From: Octopus bimaculoides | Taxonomy: Eukaryota | Assembly: GCF_001194135.2 (NCBI RefSeq) | Contig: NC_068984.1 | Coordinates: 32,705,017-32,769,016 of the forward strand | Direction of reading: 5' to 3' | DNA length: 64,000 nt | Part shown: positions 12,421-26,670 of the stretch, one piece after another | Position numbering within the stretch: position 1 is the stretch's first letter | How the letters are laid out: every line of letters starts with the position of its first letter | The notes under the pieces: model-generated | Told to the model about the DNA's origin: nothing | The model's input: only the letters and a program-made list of their open reading frames with translations | Database searches by the model: none | Position numbers and translations under genes: made by a program

Positions 12421-14560
12421 CATGATTAATCTAAAGTTAATTATTCCGACAGATAATCTGGTTACCTCAAATTCTCTACCACAATATGCTTACAAAAATC
12501 TGCCATTTCTGTCACCTGAGAAAAAGAATTGAAATATCTGGTTAAGATATACTTTCGCCTAAAGATTTATTCACAACACGCATCCAGTATCATTATAATC
12601 TCTCCAAATCCATTTTCCATCAAACCAAGATTGATTGTAGCTACCTTGAAGTTTTTCACATGGCAGAAAGATATGGCACTTTCCGGTTGTGAGTGGTCCC
12701 TTGTCGTTTAATGTGTTTTCTGTGATTAAAAGGAAAGACTTTGTTTGATCGCTTGATGGTCGGAGAGGTTATTGTACATAATCAGATCTTTCCAAATGAC
12801 TGTCCCTCTACGGTATGGTACACAAACGTGATACTATAGCAGTATGTGCATTTGTGTTTTCAATGTATTTCAGCATGTTCTTTCTTTCTTTCTTTCTTTC
12901 TTTACTTTAGCTAGAAGTCTTTATTGTTATAAATCGCTTTACATCATTGACCGGGTGTATTCTCATCTCACACACAATAGAGAAGTTCTCTGTAGGTATT
13001 AAGGAGATTCTATTCTGTGTCAGTTTTGGAGTTACTGCTCCACTACACAGGTTACCTTCATTATTGTTTGCGGAATAAGCGTCTCACTTGCACAGAGTTA
13101 GCCAAAGTTACTAATATCCTAATTAGACATTTCTCAATAATGCTAGAAATAACAAGTATGGCCGCCAGTAAACCTCAAGAAGACGTGGAGAGTGAGAAAA
13201 AAAGAGAAAGAAACAAATTGACCGAGAGTTGACAATAACACACAAATATGATTATTAAACATCAAACTAATTAATTAATTAATTAGATTCTGTATTTGAT
13301 AATACTAACAACAACAATGCGAGTAATTGTTAATTTATCATATCTAATCCGATTTAAGGTTTTAAACACACTCACACATACGCATATATATTTTTTCGTT
13401 CTCTTTCTCTCTCTCTCTTTTCTGTCTCTCCCTCTCTCTCACTATATATATATATATATATNNNNNNNNNNNNNNNNNNNNNNNNNNNNNNNNNNNNNNN
13501 NNNNNNNNNNNNNNNNNNNNNNNNNNNNNNNNNNNNNNNNNNNNNNNNNNNNNNNNNNNNNNNNNNNNNNNNNNNNNNNNNNNNNNNNNNNNNNNNNNNN
13601 NNNNNNNNNNNNNNNNNNNNNNNNNNNNNNNNNNNNNNNNNNNNNNNNNNNNNNNNNNNNNNNNNNNNNNNNNNNNNNNNNNNNNNNNNNNNNNNNNNNN
13701 NNNNNNNNNNNNNNNNNNNNNNNNNNNNNNNNNNNNNNNNNNNNNNNNNNNNNNNNNNNNNNNNNNNNNNNNNNNNNNNNNNTATATATATATATATATA
13801 TATATATCTGAAAGCATCTCTATACATCACTTTATGAACTTGTATTAGTGTGTACTGATATGAATTAAGTGATTGTGACTTCATACTTATATAATCATAC
13901 TAATTAAAATTTATGAAATATATGTTTAAATATGTATACATATAAGCTTATCCGACTTTCTGAAACGAAATCCTCTTTCTTTCTCTCTCCTCTCATTCCC
14001 TCCACACTTTTCCGATTCTCCGTGTCACCATATTTAACCATGTAGATCTCACTTCGTTTCTCTATACATACATACATACATACGTACATACATACATACA
14101 TACACAGACAGACAGACATATATACATAGATGTGAGTGTATGTATTATGTATATACATACATACATGTACGCACAGGCATGCATATGTATGTGTACATGT
14201 GTACGTTTATGCATACACACACTTGCACATTTAATAATGCAAACACAGACTGTTATATTTGTGCTTATAAAATTAAATAAACAAACTTAGATGCTGAGAT
14301 AAGTTTGTACAGAGAAAAATTCAAACATACATACTTCCATATTTCAATATCACATGAGTATATGATTGTTAGAAGTTATATCAAATTTTACGTAGCAGTA
14401 ATAGAATATTGTTATCGGGAAGGATGGACACAGACTTTACATTGTATACACTTGTTAATGTAGGAAATGGATGCTTTCTCAAGTTTCCATTTTAACTTAA
14501 GTTTTAAACAATCTACTGGCTAGTGATCGTAAATGACAGTATTTCTTGAAATTGTGGCTT

Positions 14561-14758
14561 CAAATTTTGGTACAATGCCAGTAGATTCGTGGGGAGTAGG
14601 TAAGCCAATTACGTCGACCCCCAACGATTGACTGGTAATTATTTTATCGACCCTGAGAGGATGAAAGGCAAAGTCGGCCTCGACGGAAATTGAACTCAGA
14701 ACGTAAAGTTGGACGAAATGTCGTAGCCCGACGTGCTAACAATTCTGCCAACGCACCG
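14561..14758 (-). mobile_element. tRNA-derived SINE family B with Deu/Nin-like domain
   Basis: The minus strand reads ...gttctgagttcaatttccgtcgaggccgactttgcctttcatcctctcagggtcgataaaataattaccag..., i.e. a B-box-like gagttcaa followed by gcctttcatcc..gtcgataaaa..taccag. Confidence 0.8.
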
Positions 14759-14859
14759 GGGAAAAATTAACTTTCATGTGAAATGATAAACTGATCACGT
14801 ATGTATAATTATGCATGTTTAGTACACGCTCGCAAACATACACACAAAGACATTTATGG

Positions 14860-14908
<49 letters not shown>

Positions 14909-15080
14909 CATACATACATAGATGCAGACATACATACATACATACATACATACATACAAACATAGATACATACATGCATACACACATACATACATATATA
15001 CATGTATGCATGCATACATAGATACATACATCCATCCATACATACATACATACATACATACATACATACATACATACATA
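14860..15080. repeat. Compound (ATAG)n/(ACAT)n tetranucleotide microsatellite
   Basis: Directly visible; it explains the YLSI and MYVC repeat ORFs. Confidence 0.9.
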
Positions 15081-18000
15081 CAGAGATTAAAAGAGAGTGT
15101 AGAAGTAAGAAAAAAATAAACCATTTTATGTGTCTAATGTTAGGTTTGTCTAAAGCAAGCATGGTCAACTTTTGTCGAAAAGCAGGCCACATGAGATGCA
15201 AAGCATCATCAGGAGGGCCACACTTTTAAGAAAGTTGAAGGCAATTTTTCATTGGGCCTGCTATTTAAAAGGTCTCACGGGCAGTAGGTTCCAAGTGTTG
15301 TGTAAAGTATAAAACAAGGATTCTTGCATCAGATGCTATTTAATTTCATGAGTATTTTATATCTACAACTAACAATTAAATATCACTTACAAATTACATA
15401 TTACAAAAAATGATATTCAATGTTTGTTGAAAGCTAGAGATCTCTATGGTTGTTTAAGGATTAGCTGGAAGGTTTATAATTTCCAAGTGAAATTGTATTG
15501 TGCAGTTGGTGTACACATTATGATGAGAGTGTTCCCCCACTAACAGAGAATGTGTTTTAAACCTTTGGAAAACAGGTTAAATCAATTCTGCTTCGTATAT
15601 AAAGGTAAAGTCCTTGTCCATTTGCATTTAGTAAGCAGATCATATTCATGAAGTACTTCTTTCAACCTTATTTGTCTATCTGTCTGCCTGTCTGTTTTCT
15701 ATCTACCTACAAATCTAGCTATGTACATACCTCCGTACCTACTTCCTTATTATCTATCCAGCTAGCTAGCTTATTGTCTATCTATCCGTCTGTTTGTCTA
15801 TCCACCTACCTGTTCCCGGGTTCAAGTCTACTATTGTTGCTGCTGGCATTTCACAAAGCTTTTTAACAGGAAATTTTGCACTTACTTCAACGTAACTCTT
15901 GGTAATAGATATAAACTTGGTTCAGACTTATGTCAGGGTCTCAGAGTAAACCTTGTTTTTGAATCGTAACTCTAGCCAGGGCTGGATTTGGACCCAAAGA
16001 AGCCTCAAGCACTTTACAGATTTTGGTGCCCTGATATGTATGTAATTCAAAATATATTCTATTATAAACCACAAAGTAAACTTTTAGTTTTCAAAATGAA
16101 ACAAAACTAACAATAAGATGGAAAATAACGTTTATTTTTGTATACTTCCACTTTATCTATAGTTGGAAAGTTTTCTCTTACTTTTTTTAATTGCAATGTC
16201 TTTGAGCAGATCCTCACCATGAGCGTACTACAAATTTCACTGCATAAAGAAGTAATTTCGTTCCAGCTTATTCAGGGTATATTCAACATATCATTTTTTT
16301 TGTTTTTTTTTTGCTGTTGCCGTTGCTTTTAGTAGTATTGTCAAAGAATGTGGAGTAGCTCCTATTACACATTTTGGAGCTTCTGTAGCTGGCGGAACAA
16401 GGAGAAGGAAATTATTGTTAAGGAAGGGAATTTATTCTTCATATTATGATCAAGAGAGAAAGTGTCTTTTTCCAGACTTTTCTGGACTGGTTGGAGGAAT
16501 GTAACTTCAAACCAATGACCTGACATGAATGCTTGCTACAGAATGAACTCTGCTAAAGGCACCCAAGTAACAAATAATACTATTAAACCGAATGACTGAT
16601 TAAGTCTACTATCCCATCCAGTTAGCCGTTCGTAGGATTTGAATCTTAAAAAATCAGAACAAACACTACTAGGCTTACAATGCGACGTTCTTACTTTTAT
16701 GCCAACCGTACTACATTTTTTTTTATCGGTTTTAAAATGATGAATAGAAGTACAGTGAAGATGAGTGCCGGATTGGCACACATGACGCAGGGTCAGATCA
16801 AATAAGGTGAGGTATTTTCTCTCATAGTCTAATGATTATTCCAGTTCACCAACTTGATTAGTTTCAAAAGACAAACCCAAAAGACTTGAAACAAAGTAGT
16901 AACTGTTAAGAGCATCGAAGAGCCATGTGGTGATATTTAACATGCTGACAGATTATAAAGTACAATAGTGACAGGCTGTAGGAAGCAATATTGAGTCAGT
17001 GTGGTATTGCTGATGGTATAGTGATAATATAATCTCTAAATTTGAAGAATCATCGTCATTTATGTAGGAGAAATTAGTACCAGTAATACCTGTGATTTTA
17101 ATTTTAGCAAGTCTGATAATGATGAAATTGCAAAAATCAAGTCAGCCACGAATTTAATTGAGGAAAATTTCAAAACTTGAAGAATATAAGATTCACTCAA
17201 TTTTCAACCAACCAATCAATTCTTTTGCAGCAAAAATTAATTAAAGATCACTACAATTCTGAATTTCTTTCAGAACAAAAAATAAACAACGAAGAAAGAA
17301 AGAAAGAAAGAAAAAATAATTGGCTTTTCCTTCTGTTTTTTTTTCTTCTTAGTTTGTTTACTTCATTTATTATTTTCTTCCGCCCAAATAAATTTTTCAA
17401 ATTATACATACACACATTAACACACAGTCAGACACATGTACACAAACACGCATTCTGCACACTAAAAACGGAAAAAAGATTTAAAGAAAGAATTTAAGAA
17501 TTTACTAATTAGTGTCTTTAGCTCCACCACGCCTAAGAAATTTGGTTCAACAAGGCAAGATAAAGGAGGTAAAAACACAAAAGAATATTGTTGATTATTT
17601 TACATTTATTTATTTATTTATTTAATTATTTAATTATTTAATTATTTGGGTGTTTATTAGGAACAAAGGAATTTCGTTTTTGTTTTATTTCTCCGTCAAG
17701 AAAAAAAAAAGGAGAAAAGATTTACATTTTTGTTTTTATGTCATATTACTTTTTTGTTTTATGTTTTATCCATTCTTCTATGTGTTTTTTTTTCTATGTG
17801 GTCTTTTATAAGGAATATTAATAAAAAGGAAATTTTCTAAAGATTTTTTCCTTTGACATATGAAATTAACCCATTAGGAGAGAAATAAAGAACAAAAAAA
17901 CAAAAAGATGACAATAATTAAGAACAAATAAAAATAATAAAGAAAGTAAGAGGGCAAGAGAAAGATGGAGAAAGACAGATTAAAAAAGGGAGGTCTTTAC

Positions 18001-18390
18001 AATAGTAGTGTTGACAAGATGACTGAAAAATAATGAAGGTGGTCAGTTAAGGTTGAAAAAACTTCCAATATAGAGAAAGCCAATTAAACGTTAAGGTGTA
18101 ACCCATAGACCCAACACTACAGAGACAACTAAAATCTTTGCAACTCTTGCAATAGTCATGCATTACGTATGCATGTCTCATGAACCTCAACCCCAATACA
18201 GAATAAACATAACCCTATATACACCGATGTATGCATGTGTGTGTTTGGAGTTGTGTGTATGTATCTTTGTTCAACTAACTACTTATCTATCTATCTGTAT
18301 GTATATATATATATATATACATGTATATATCTATACAGAGAGACACACATACACACGCACATTCACACACGCATACATGCATCGATCCAT

Positions 18391-18443
<53 letters not shown>

Positions 18444-19108
18444 NNNNNNNNNNNNNNNNNNNNNNNNNNNNNNNNNNNNNNNNNNNNNNNNNNNNNNNNN
18501 NNNNNNNNNNNNNNNNNNNNNNNNNNNNNNNNNNNNNNNNNNNNNNNNNNNNNNNNNNNNNNNNNNNNNNNNNNNNNNNNNNNNNNNNNNNNNNNNNNNN
18601 NNNNNNNNNNNNNNNNNNNNNNNNNNNNNNNNNNNNNNNNNNNNNNNNNNNNNNNNNNNNNNNNNNNNNNNNNNNNNNNNNNNNNNNNNNNNNNNNNNNN
18701 NNNNNNNNNNNNNNNNNNNNNNNNNNNNNNNNNNNNNNNNNNNNNNNNNNNNNNNNNNNNNNNNNNNNNNNNNNNNNNNNNNNNNNNNNNNNNNNNNNNN
18801 NNNNNNNNNNNNNNNNNNNNNNNNNNNNNNNNNNNNNNNNNNNNNNNNNNNNNNNNNNNNNNNNNNNNNNNNNNNNNNNNNNNNNNNNNNNNNNNNNNNN
18901 NNNNNNNNNNNNNNNNNNNNNNNNNNNNNNNNNNNNNNNNNNNNNNNNNNNNNNNNNNNNNNNNNNNNNNNNNNNNNNNNNNNNNNNNNNNNNNNNNNNN
19001 NNNNNNNNNNNNNNNNNNNNNNNNNNNNNNNNNNNNNNNNNNNNNNNNNNNNNNNNNNNNNNNNNNNNNNNNNNNNNNNNNNNNNNNNNNNNNNNNNNNN
19101 NNNNNNNN

Positions 19109-19162
<54 letters not shown>

Positions 19163-20902
19163 GAGAGATAGGGCAGAGATGGGAGAGAGAAAAGGGGAGA
19201 CACACACACGAGACATATACAAACACACTCACATGTATGTATGTATGTATGTATGTATGCATGCATGAATGAAACTCGATTATGATTTTGAACCCTTTTA
19301 ACTGTTATTTTGTTGTCATTGTTAGATTAAACTACCTCTGGTCAACATGACCACTTATAACTATTTTGTCTTTTCCTTATTCAAGATTTGTGTGCCGTTG
19401 ACTACATAACCCAATAGTTTTTAAGATGTCAGGGTGTGCTTTAGAAAAGCAACTTCTTTGATATTTCTAGAGCATCAAGCGACCGCATAAGCTGGTGTCG
19501 ATATTGTTTTTCTTTAGCATTCAAGCCAGCCCTTATGTTCTATACTTAACCATCTTATTTTTAGATGTATCTCAGACGAGATATTTTACATGTATCCTTC
19601 TCTCTTTTGAGGCGGCCGGATGAGATTTAAAATATATTTGCAATTTATAGCGGGTCAATCGACCATCTGTTGCTTCCTTTGTCGGATCATTAATAATGGT
19701 GTTTGTCAGATCATTAGTAACGGTGTTTGTACTTCAGTTACTGAATACTTTTTGCTGGCGATCCTGTAGTCTTGAAATAATTCTACCATCAGGATGATTC
19801 AGAACTCTTGATGTAATTCAGCGGTCTTCAATTCTGTGGTCCTGAAATGTTTGATCTGTTTATTCCATTTTAATAACTGCTGCGAATTTTAGTGTTTTTT
19901 TTGTTTTCTATTACCAGTTTTGCTTGAATTATTGTTGGATTCAGGTCGAAATGACTTTCTAATGACGTTACCAGCTGCTGCTGCTTCTGATATTGTCACT
20001 ATTATAGCTGTTATTGTTAATTTTATTGTTGCTGTACTTGTTTAGCTCAGATCAGGCAGACCTATAATAAAAAAGTATCCAGTTCTTGCCTATTTTCAGA
20101 AATAGCTTCCGAAAATTACATATAATATATCTATATATTTTGAGTTCATTCGAGCAAGGCAAGCGACTACATAGAGATTCTAGCACTGGCTGGCAATTGT
20201 TCCTGTCAATCATACGATGGCAAAAAAAAAAAAAAAAAAAAAAAATAATAATAAATATAATAAGATGAAACAAAGCTCATCAAATTTAATCTCTTAAATT
20301 ATTTAGATTTTAAGTAACTATTATCGACTTGCTTGTTGTTCCTACACCTGTTTTCGTTTTTTGCTTTTCTATCAATTTCAACTACATACATACGTACATA
20401 TGTATTTGTGTGTGTGTATGTGTGCACGCGTGTATATATTCGAGAGAACATGGTCTAATTTTTGTAATAGATCTCGAAGCACACACGAAGCTATTATATA
20501 GAACAAAGAAGCCTGGGTTTTCGAAGGAATGTTCTTCACAACACATCCATCTGAATATAAAAGAAAACCAAGGTAACACATCTGTTGTGTATTTAACACT
20601 GGATCTAAAGTGGAGATGTAAATTTCCAGTTTTTTGAACGCTCGTCTTTTTGTAACTTTTTAGTGCATAACATATTTTACTTATTGAAATTGAAGCATTG
20701 AACGTGCGCAAACACTAAGGCATCTTAGATGAACAAATCATTTCACATACAAAGATTGACACAATTGAATGAAACTGCAAATCAAAGTGTGCATATATAT
20801 NNNNNNNNNNNNNNNNNNNNNNNNNNNNNNNNNNNNNNNNNNNNNNNNNNNNNNNNNNNTATATATATAAGTGTGTGTGTGTGTGTGTGTGTATGTGTGT
20901 GT

Positions 20903-20943
<41 letters not shown>

Positions 20944-21407
20944 CACACACACACACATATGCATACATAACATTACCATGTTTGTTGTACTTTTCCCATA
21001 CAACAGCATTTTTCAAACTTCTTTCGGAGTTATATTGACTCCTCTTCCATCAAAAGAAAGAAAAGAAAAGTTCATTAGCCTCTCGGAACTGTCTTCAATG
21101 AACTTAATAAGTTGTTGCTAATTAAAATCAACAAATCGATTTTTGTGGATTTAGTTTGTGTATATGAGCATGCGTGCACGTGTGTGTCCGTTTAAGAATG
21201 TTGTGTAAATATAGTGTATTGAATTAATTTCAATAAAGTGTATTATGGTGAATTTCAATTAAATGCGTTTAAACAATTTAATATTTAAAATGTAAAGATA
21301 ATAAAATAATGTGAGTTTCTATGGGCTTTGTATATTTCCCATATAGTGACGCAGAAGTTTACTGGACACGTACATTCAAGAAGAGTTCCATACTTTTTTT
21401 TCTTGCA

Positions 21408-21746
21408 GGAACATGGCTCAGTGGTTAGAGCGTCGTTGGGCTCACAGTCGCAAGGTAATGAGTTCGATTCCCGGACTGGGCTGTATGTTGTGTTTTTGAA
21501 CAAGACACTTTATTTCGCGTTCCTCTAGTTCACTCAGCTGTAGAAATGAGTTGTGACATCACTGGCGCCAAGCTGTATCGGCCTTTCCCCTTTCCTCAGA
21601 TAACATCGGTGGTGCGGAGAGGAGAGGCTGGTATGCATGGGTGACTACTGGTCTTCCATAAACAACTTTGCCCAGACATGTGCCTCGGAGAGTAACTCTC
21701 TAGGTGCAATCTCATGGTTATTCATAGCCGAAGGGAGTCTTCTACC
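21408..21746 (+). mobile_element. tRNA-derived SINE family C (CORE-like middle)
   Basis: A box tggctcagtggtta and B box gagttcgattccc, then ttgtgtttttgaacaagacactttatttc...cactcagctgtagaaatgagtt, which resembles the CORE domain. Confidence 0.8.
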
Positions 21747-22491
21747 ATGCACAGACAACAAATTTGATGCATTCTGAGTTTCAGTTATAAATCCCCGTTT
21801 CACCTTTTAAATTCTACTTCATCAAATTTTCAGTTATACGGCACACATCTTTTGCCTTGCGATACCATAAATTTCTCTAACAGCTAAGCAAACACTTCAG
21901 TGTTATTTCATATTATACTCTCCTCTCCACTGTGCGTAAATATATGTGTCTGTCTGTCTGTCTGCCTGAATATGTACGAAGGTGGCATGGTCTCCACCAC
22001 CCTTTTCGGATCGACTGCTTATTCATCTTCTCTTAACACTATCCTACTACTTCACATCCTGTAATTGTATACATAATATGTCGATTGTATACGCAATTCT
22101 TTCAATTGTATACGCAATGAGTCCAAGTCGATTGTATTCGCAATATGCCCAATTACCTTGAATAATACTACCAGTTGATTAACTTAAATTCGCGTATGTT
22201 TTATAAAGCTTGGACTACATTTTCTGCATTGATAATGACTATATATATATACATATATATGTGCGCGCGCGTGGGTGTGCGTGCGTGCGTGTGTGCGCGT
22301 ATGTGTATGTGTGTTTACGTATGTATGTATCTATGTGTATGTATATATGCATATAACACACACACACANNNNNNNNNNNNNNNNNNNNNNNNNNNNNNNN
22401 NNNNNNNNNNNNNNNNNNNNNNNNNNNNNNNNNNNNNNNNNNNNNNNNNNNNNNNNNNNNNNNNNNNNNNNNNNTATATATATATATGCAT

Positions 22492-22532
<41 letters not shown>

Positions 22533-22551
22533 AAAGAAAACCTTTATAGGG

Positions 22552-22750
22552 CATTCGGCTTGCTAGAAATAGCAGCTAAAGCTTCTTCATATTACGTCTT
22601 ACCATTTTAAAAAGAGAAGTTCACATTGGTTGGTGCCTTCCTAGATATAATGACGGGAGATCTCAGCTGGAATGTCTTGAATTATATGTTTGTTGTATTT
22701 AGATTGATGGATTTACTTTAAGTCAAGTTTGACACATGCTAGAATGACCT
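22552..22750 (+). repeat. Dispersed repeat family D fragment
   Basis: cttgctagaaatagcagctaaa...ctcagctggaatgtcttga is shared with 7130-7435 and 42555-42722. Confidence 0.45.
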
Positions 22751-23858
22751 AGGCCGGGTATTCAGTAACAAAAATAGTGGTCTGCTGCTATTGTTGTGAT
22801 CCAAATACTAAACATTGAAATGTCCTGGCATAATCTTTAGCCGTGGCATTGATACTCAAAACAGATTGGGCGATCTTCTCAGGTCCGTAGTTGAAGTTCC
22901 GTTGTTGAGGGTCCAATATGGTTGCTATAAATAATGGCAGTAGAATGGATATATAGTTGCTCCAACATAAGAGATATTTCTTGGGCTTCATGAGAAAGAA
23001 ATTTCCATAACGTTTACAACACATTATCGTGTCCAGTTTAACCAAAATGTGCGCTGAGTTTCTGTCGTCTTCATCATATTATGACAGCATGTTCGACAGT
23101 TCGCACTTCCACAGGCGAAGAGTAACGAATTCAATTGTAATTCAGTTTACAATTTAAGTTTGACGTTTTGAATCACATTGCAATCAGTAATTGACTCAAG
23201 GTTTTTGCTAAGATATCTTTTTATTATAGCCACAAGGGTTTTATATATTGCACATAGAACGCATCATGACCATGAACAGGTATTTTGGTAACAAGCGTTA
23301 GTTCACACTCCTGCTATAACGTCGAACTTTTAGGACCTACTAGACCACCCGTGACCCGTTTGGTCACCAATAGTTCAAGGTACCCGAAAAAAAGCGTATC
23401 TCGGGAATCCATAGTCCGATTTACGCGAGGGATACCTTACTTTGAGAGTGTTTTCCAATTATGCGCCGGTTTGACTGTACTAAATTACAGACAAGCACGC
23501 ATCCAAGCAAACAAGCATTCATAGAATTTTAGTAGTATATAAATTGACCAAGCCCTTCAGAAGTACTGGCTTTCAGAACGACGGCATATCCAGAGTTTGT
23601 CGTGTTCCGGGCTCAAAAGACTAAGAAGTTCGATTCGACTAAAATGGATGATAATGTAATAAAGTTAGCTGATTGTTTCGTATATCTTTTGAGCTTAGGC
23701 TTTCAACAGAGAACCTAAAAAGTGTGTTATCCGTTGATATTCCGATCGCAGCTCCTTTGACGTCAAAATTCGCGAACTTGGTATCTCGTTAGATACGAGT
23801 TTATTTTTTCCTTCCAAAAGCTGTGTTAGCAAAATCAGTTTATGTAGATGTTCATTTT

Positions 23859-24087
23859 TACTCTTTTACTTGTTTCAGTCATTTGACTGTGGCCATGCTG
23901 GAGCACCGCCTTTAGTCGAGCAAATCGACCCCAGGACTTATTCTTTGTAAGCCTAGTACTTATTCTATCAGTCTCTTATTTCTTATACCAAACCGCTAAG
24001 TTACGGGGATGTAAATACACCAGCATCGGTTGTCAAGTGATGTTGGGGGAAAAACACAGACACACAAACACACACACACACATACAT

Positions 24088-24122
<35 letters not shown>

Positions 24123-24453
24123 NNNNNNNNNNNNNNNNNNNNNNNNNNNNNNNNNNNNNNNNNNNNNNNNNNNNNNNNNNNNNNNNNNNNNNNNNNNNNN
24201 NNNNNNNNNNNNNNNNNNNNNNNNNNNNNNNNNNNNNNNNNNNNNNNNNNNNNNNNNNNNNNNNNNNNNNNNNNNNNNNNNNATATACATATATACGACG
24301 GACTTTTTTCAGTTTCCGTCTACCAAATCCATTCACGAGGCTTTGGTCGGCCCAAGGCTATAGTAGAAGATACTTGCCCAAGGTGCCACGCAGTAGGACT
24401 GAACCCGGAACCATGTGGTTGGTAAGCAAGCTACTTACCACACTCCTACGCCT
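23859..24453 (-). mobile_element. tRNA-derived SINE family A, complete copy with gap in its internal microsatellite
   Basis: Near-identical to 5417-5855 on both sides of gap 24123-24282. Confidence 0.9.
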
Positions 24454-26423
24454 ATGCGAAGTTTGGTGGTAAACATATCTTCAGTGACATAATCATTGAC
24501 TTGACGTTTAGTAAAAGCATAGAAACGGAAATATGACAACCTTAATCTCATTCAACAGCGCTTCGATAAAGTAACTACAAGTAACAAACAAATAATCACT
24601 ACGCCATCTCCGTTAATAAGCAATACAAATCTACATCGCTCAAACTCAAGTCAATAAAAAGATCTTGATGTAGCTCGATCTGATAAAAATATCTGCCAAA
24701 TTTCCATTACATTTAACGTTACCGGTTTAATCGAAAGGGTCATTTCTAATACTACATTGGATTATATTTTTTAGATACATGAAACCTTGAGTAATACTGG
24801 ATGGTCATGGCTAGATCATTTTTGCTCCTTTACCTACTCAATCTGTATTGATTTGGGGGTTAAGGAGCAACAACAAAAACAGCACTACTTAAAGTCCCTA
24901 CGAATATTACACCTTAAGTCTTATGGGTGTACTTTCATGGTGACAACACACATCGTACTTAAGGTTGCAGTTAAGAGGTAACGGTTCCTATTATGCTAAA
25001 TATATCTAAACAGCAATTATCTTCAACTTTAAAAGGCATATTTGAACACAGTCACATGCGCGCGCACACACACGCACACTTTCACACACACACACACATA
25101 TACATACATGCACGCACACTCCAAACACGTGTAATTTTACATTTGGACTTATTTGCAAAATGTAAGCCGATCACGAAGAAAGTGTCAAGGCTTTTTTATT
25201 TGAATCAATACAGTTCTAGGAGTTCGTGAATAAGTAATTCAGTTACGGCCTATATACGCAGGTATTTTCGCAGATATGCTTCCACACATGCAATGGAAGG
25301 TCGTCGTATTAGTACACAACTGCGCGTGTTTGATTACTTGTGTGTGTGTATATATATATGTGAATGCTGTGTGCATATAGTGACTGCATTTATTCATTGG
25401 AGAAAACTTAGAAGGCGAAACTTTGGAATGTTTTACAAGTTTTCGCTCTACCAGTAATCGATTGGACTTCGAAGAAGCGGCTGCGTTTCCTTAATCTTTT
25501 GGAAAACTACAGAAAATCCCAGCATTTCAAGACTTTTATGCACCTGTAATAATCGGCAAAAACGGGAATTAATCACCCGGTTACAACAACTGTATGTCGT
25601 TCATTATTTCATCATCAATACTTTCAGTAGACCAGTACAACAGTGTTTCAGTCTCCATAAATATTTCCACCAGCAGTTGTCATTACTCCAACAAACGTAA
25701 GGCACATACATATATAAAAGAATATAGAACATTCATAACATAACGTAAATTGCATAATTAGGGGAAAAAAAAAGCTAAGAGTGATAACTCTGAGTGAACA
25801 TCGCCTTGGAGTTGAACATCAAAAACGAACAAACATTTACTTAATACGGTGTGTGTATGTGTGTGTGAATGTGTGTGTATGTGTGTGTGTATGTGTGTGT
25901 GTGTGTGTGTGTATGTGTGTGTGTGTGTGTACATACATACTTTCAAACTCACACAAACACAAATTAAGAGTACATTAGGCAACGATGGTTAGAATAAAGC
26001 TGTGTACAAGTTCGTGTAAACTCAAACCTGAAAGGCGTTTGCTGTTGTAACTGTCTCGAGGGGGAAATTCTCCTTCATCGGCGGCGTGGTATGTTGTAAA
26101 TTTGTTGAAGTTGGATTTAATTAATTCAGTAATTAAAGGCACACTAAGCAGCAGCAATGATTGAAATAAAGTTGTGTACACTTATATTCAACATGGATGT
26201 GATAAAACGTAACCATACTGAAACACATGCTTTCCTGTCCGGTAACGTCATTCATAGCCCAAATCAGTGTGTTTTCAAACTCGTGGTCTAATACGGAGCA
26301 TTTCTCCTCCAGGAGAATCACCACAGCGAAGGTTCTACCCCGTTTGAGTGTTTACAGACGTGTAAAATATAAATGTGCACAGTTTCATGATCGCACGCAC
26401 ACACACACACACACAGACACACA

Positions 26424-26463
<40 letters not shown>

Positions 26464-26632
26464 CACATACACATACATGTATGTATATATGTTCATAATT
26501 CATTTATGTGCGTATATAAAGACAATCTATTTGATCCTGTCTACTACAGACATGTTACTCTTATATATACAGGCGCACAAACACTCAGGCACGCACGCAC
26601 ACAGACACATGCTTTATATATAAACAGATCTG

Positions 26633-26670
<38 letters not shown>

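Noticed and set aside
16475-16499. Possible microexon TFLDWLEE
   Set aside because: 25 nt with a weak donor (gtaact); too short to distinguish from chance.
20222-20245. 24-nt poly(A) as a possible retrocopy tail
   Set aside because: No polyadenylation signal, TSD or recognisable upstream coding sequence.
21408-21480. tRNA genes at SINE heads (also 36685 and 5790-5855)
   Set aside because: They have A and B boxes but no acceptor stem closure, and they continue into SINE bodies.
23290-23480. Possible Tc1/pogo MITE ending gtttgactgta
   Set aside because: Only one TIR-like end was found, with no matching left end.
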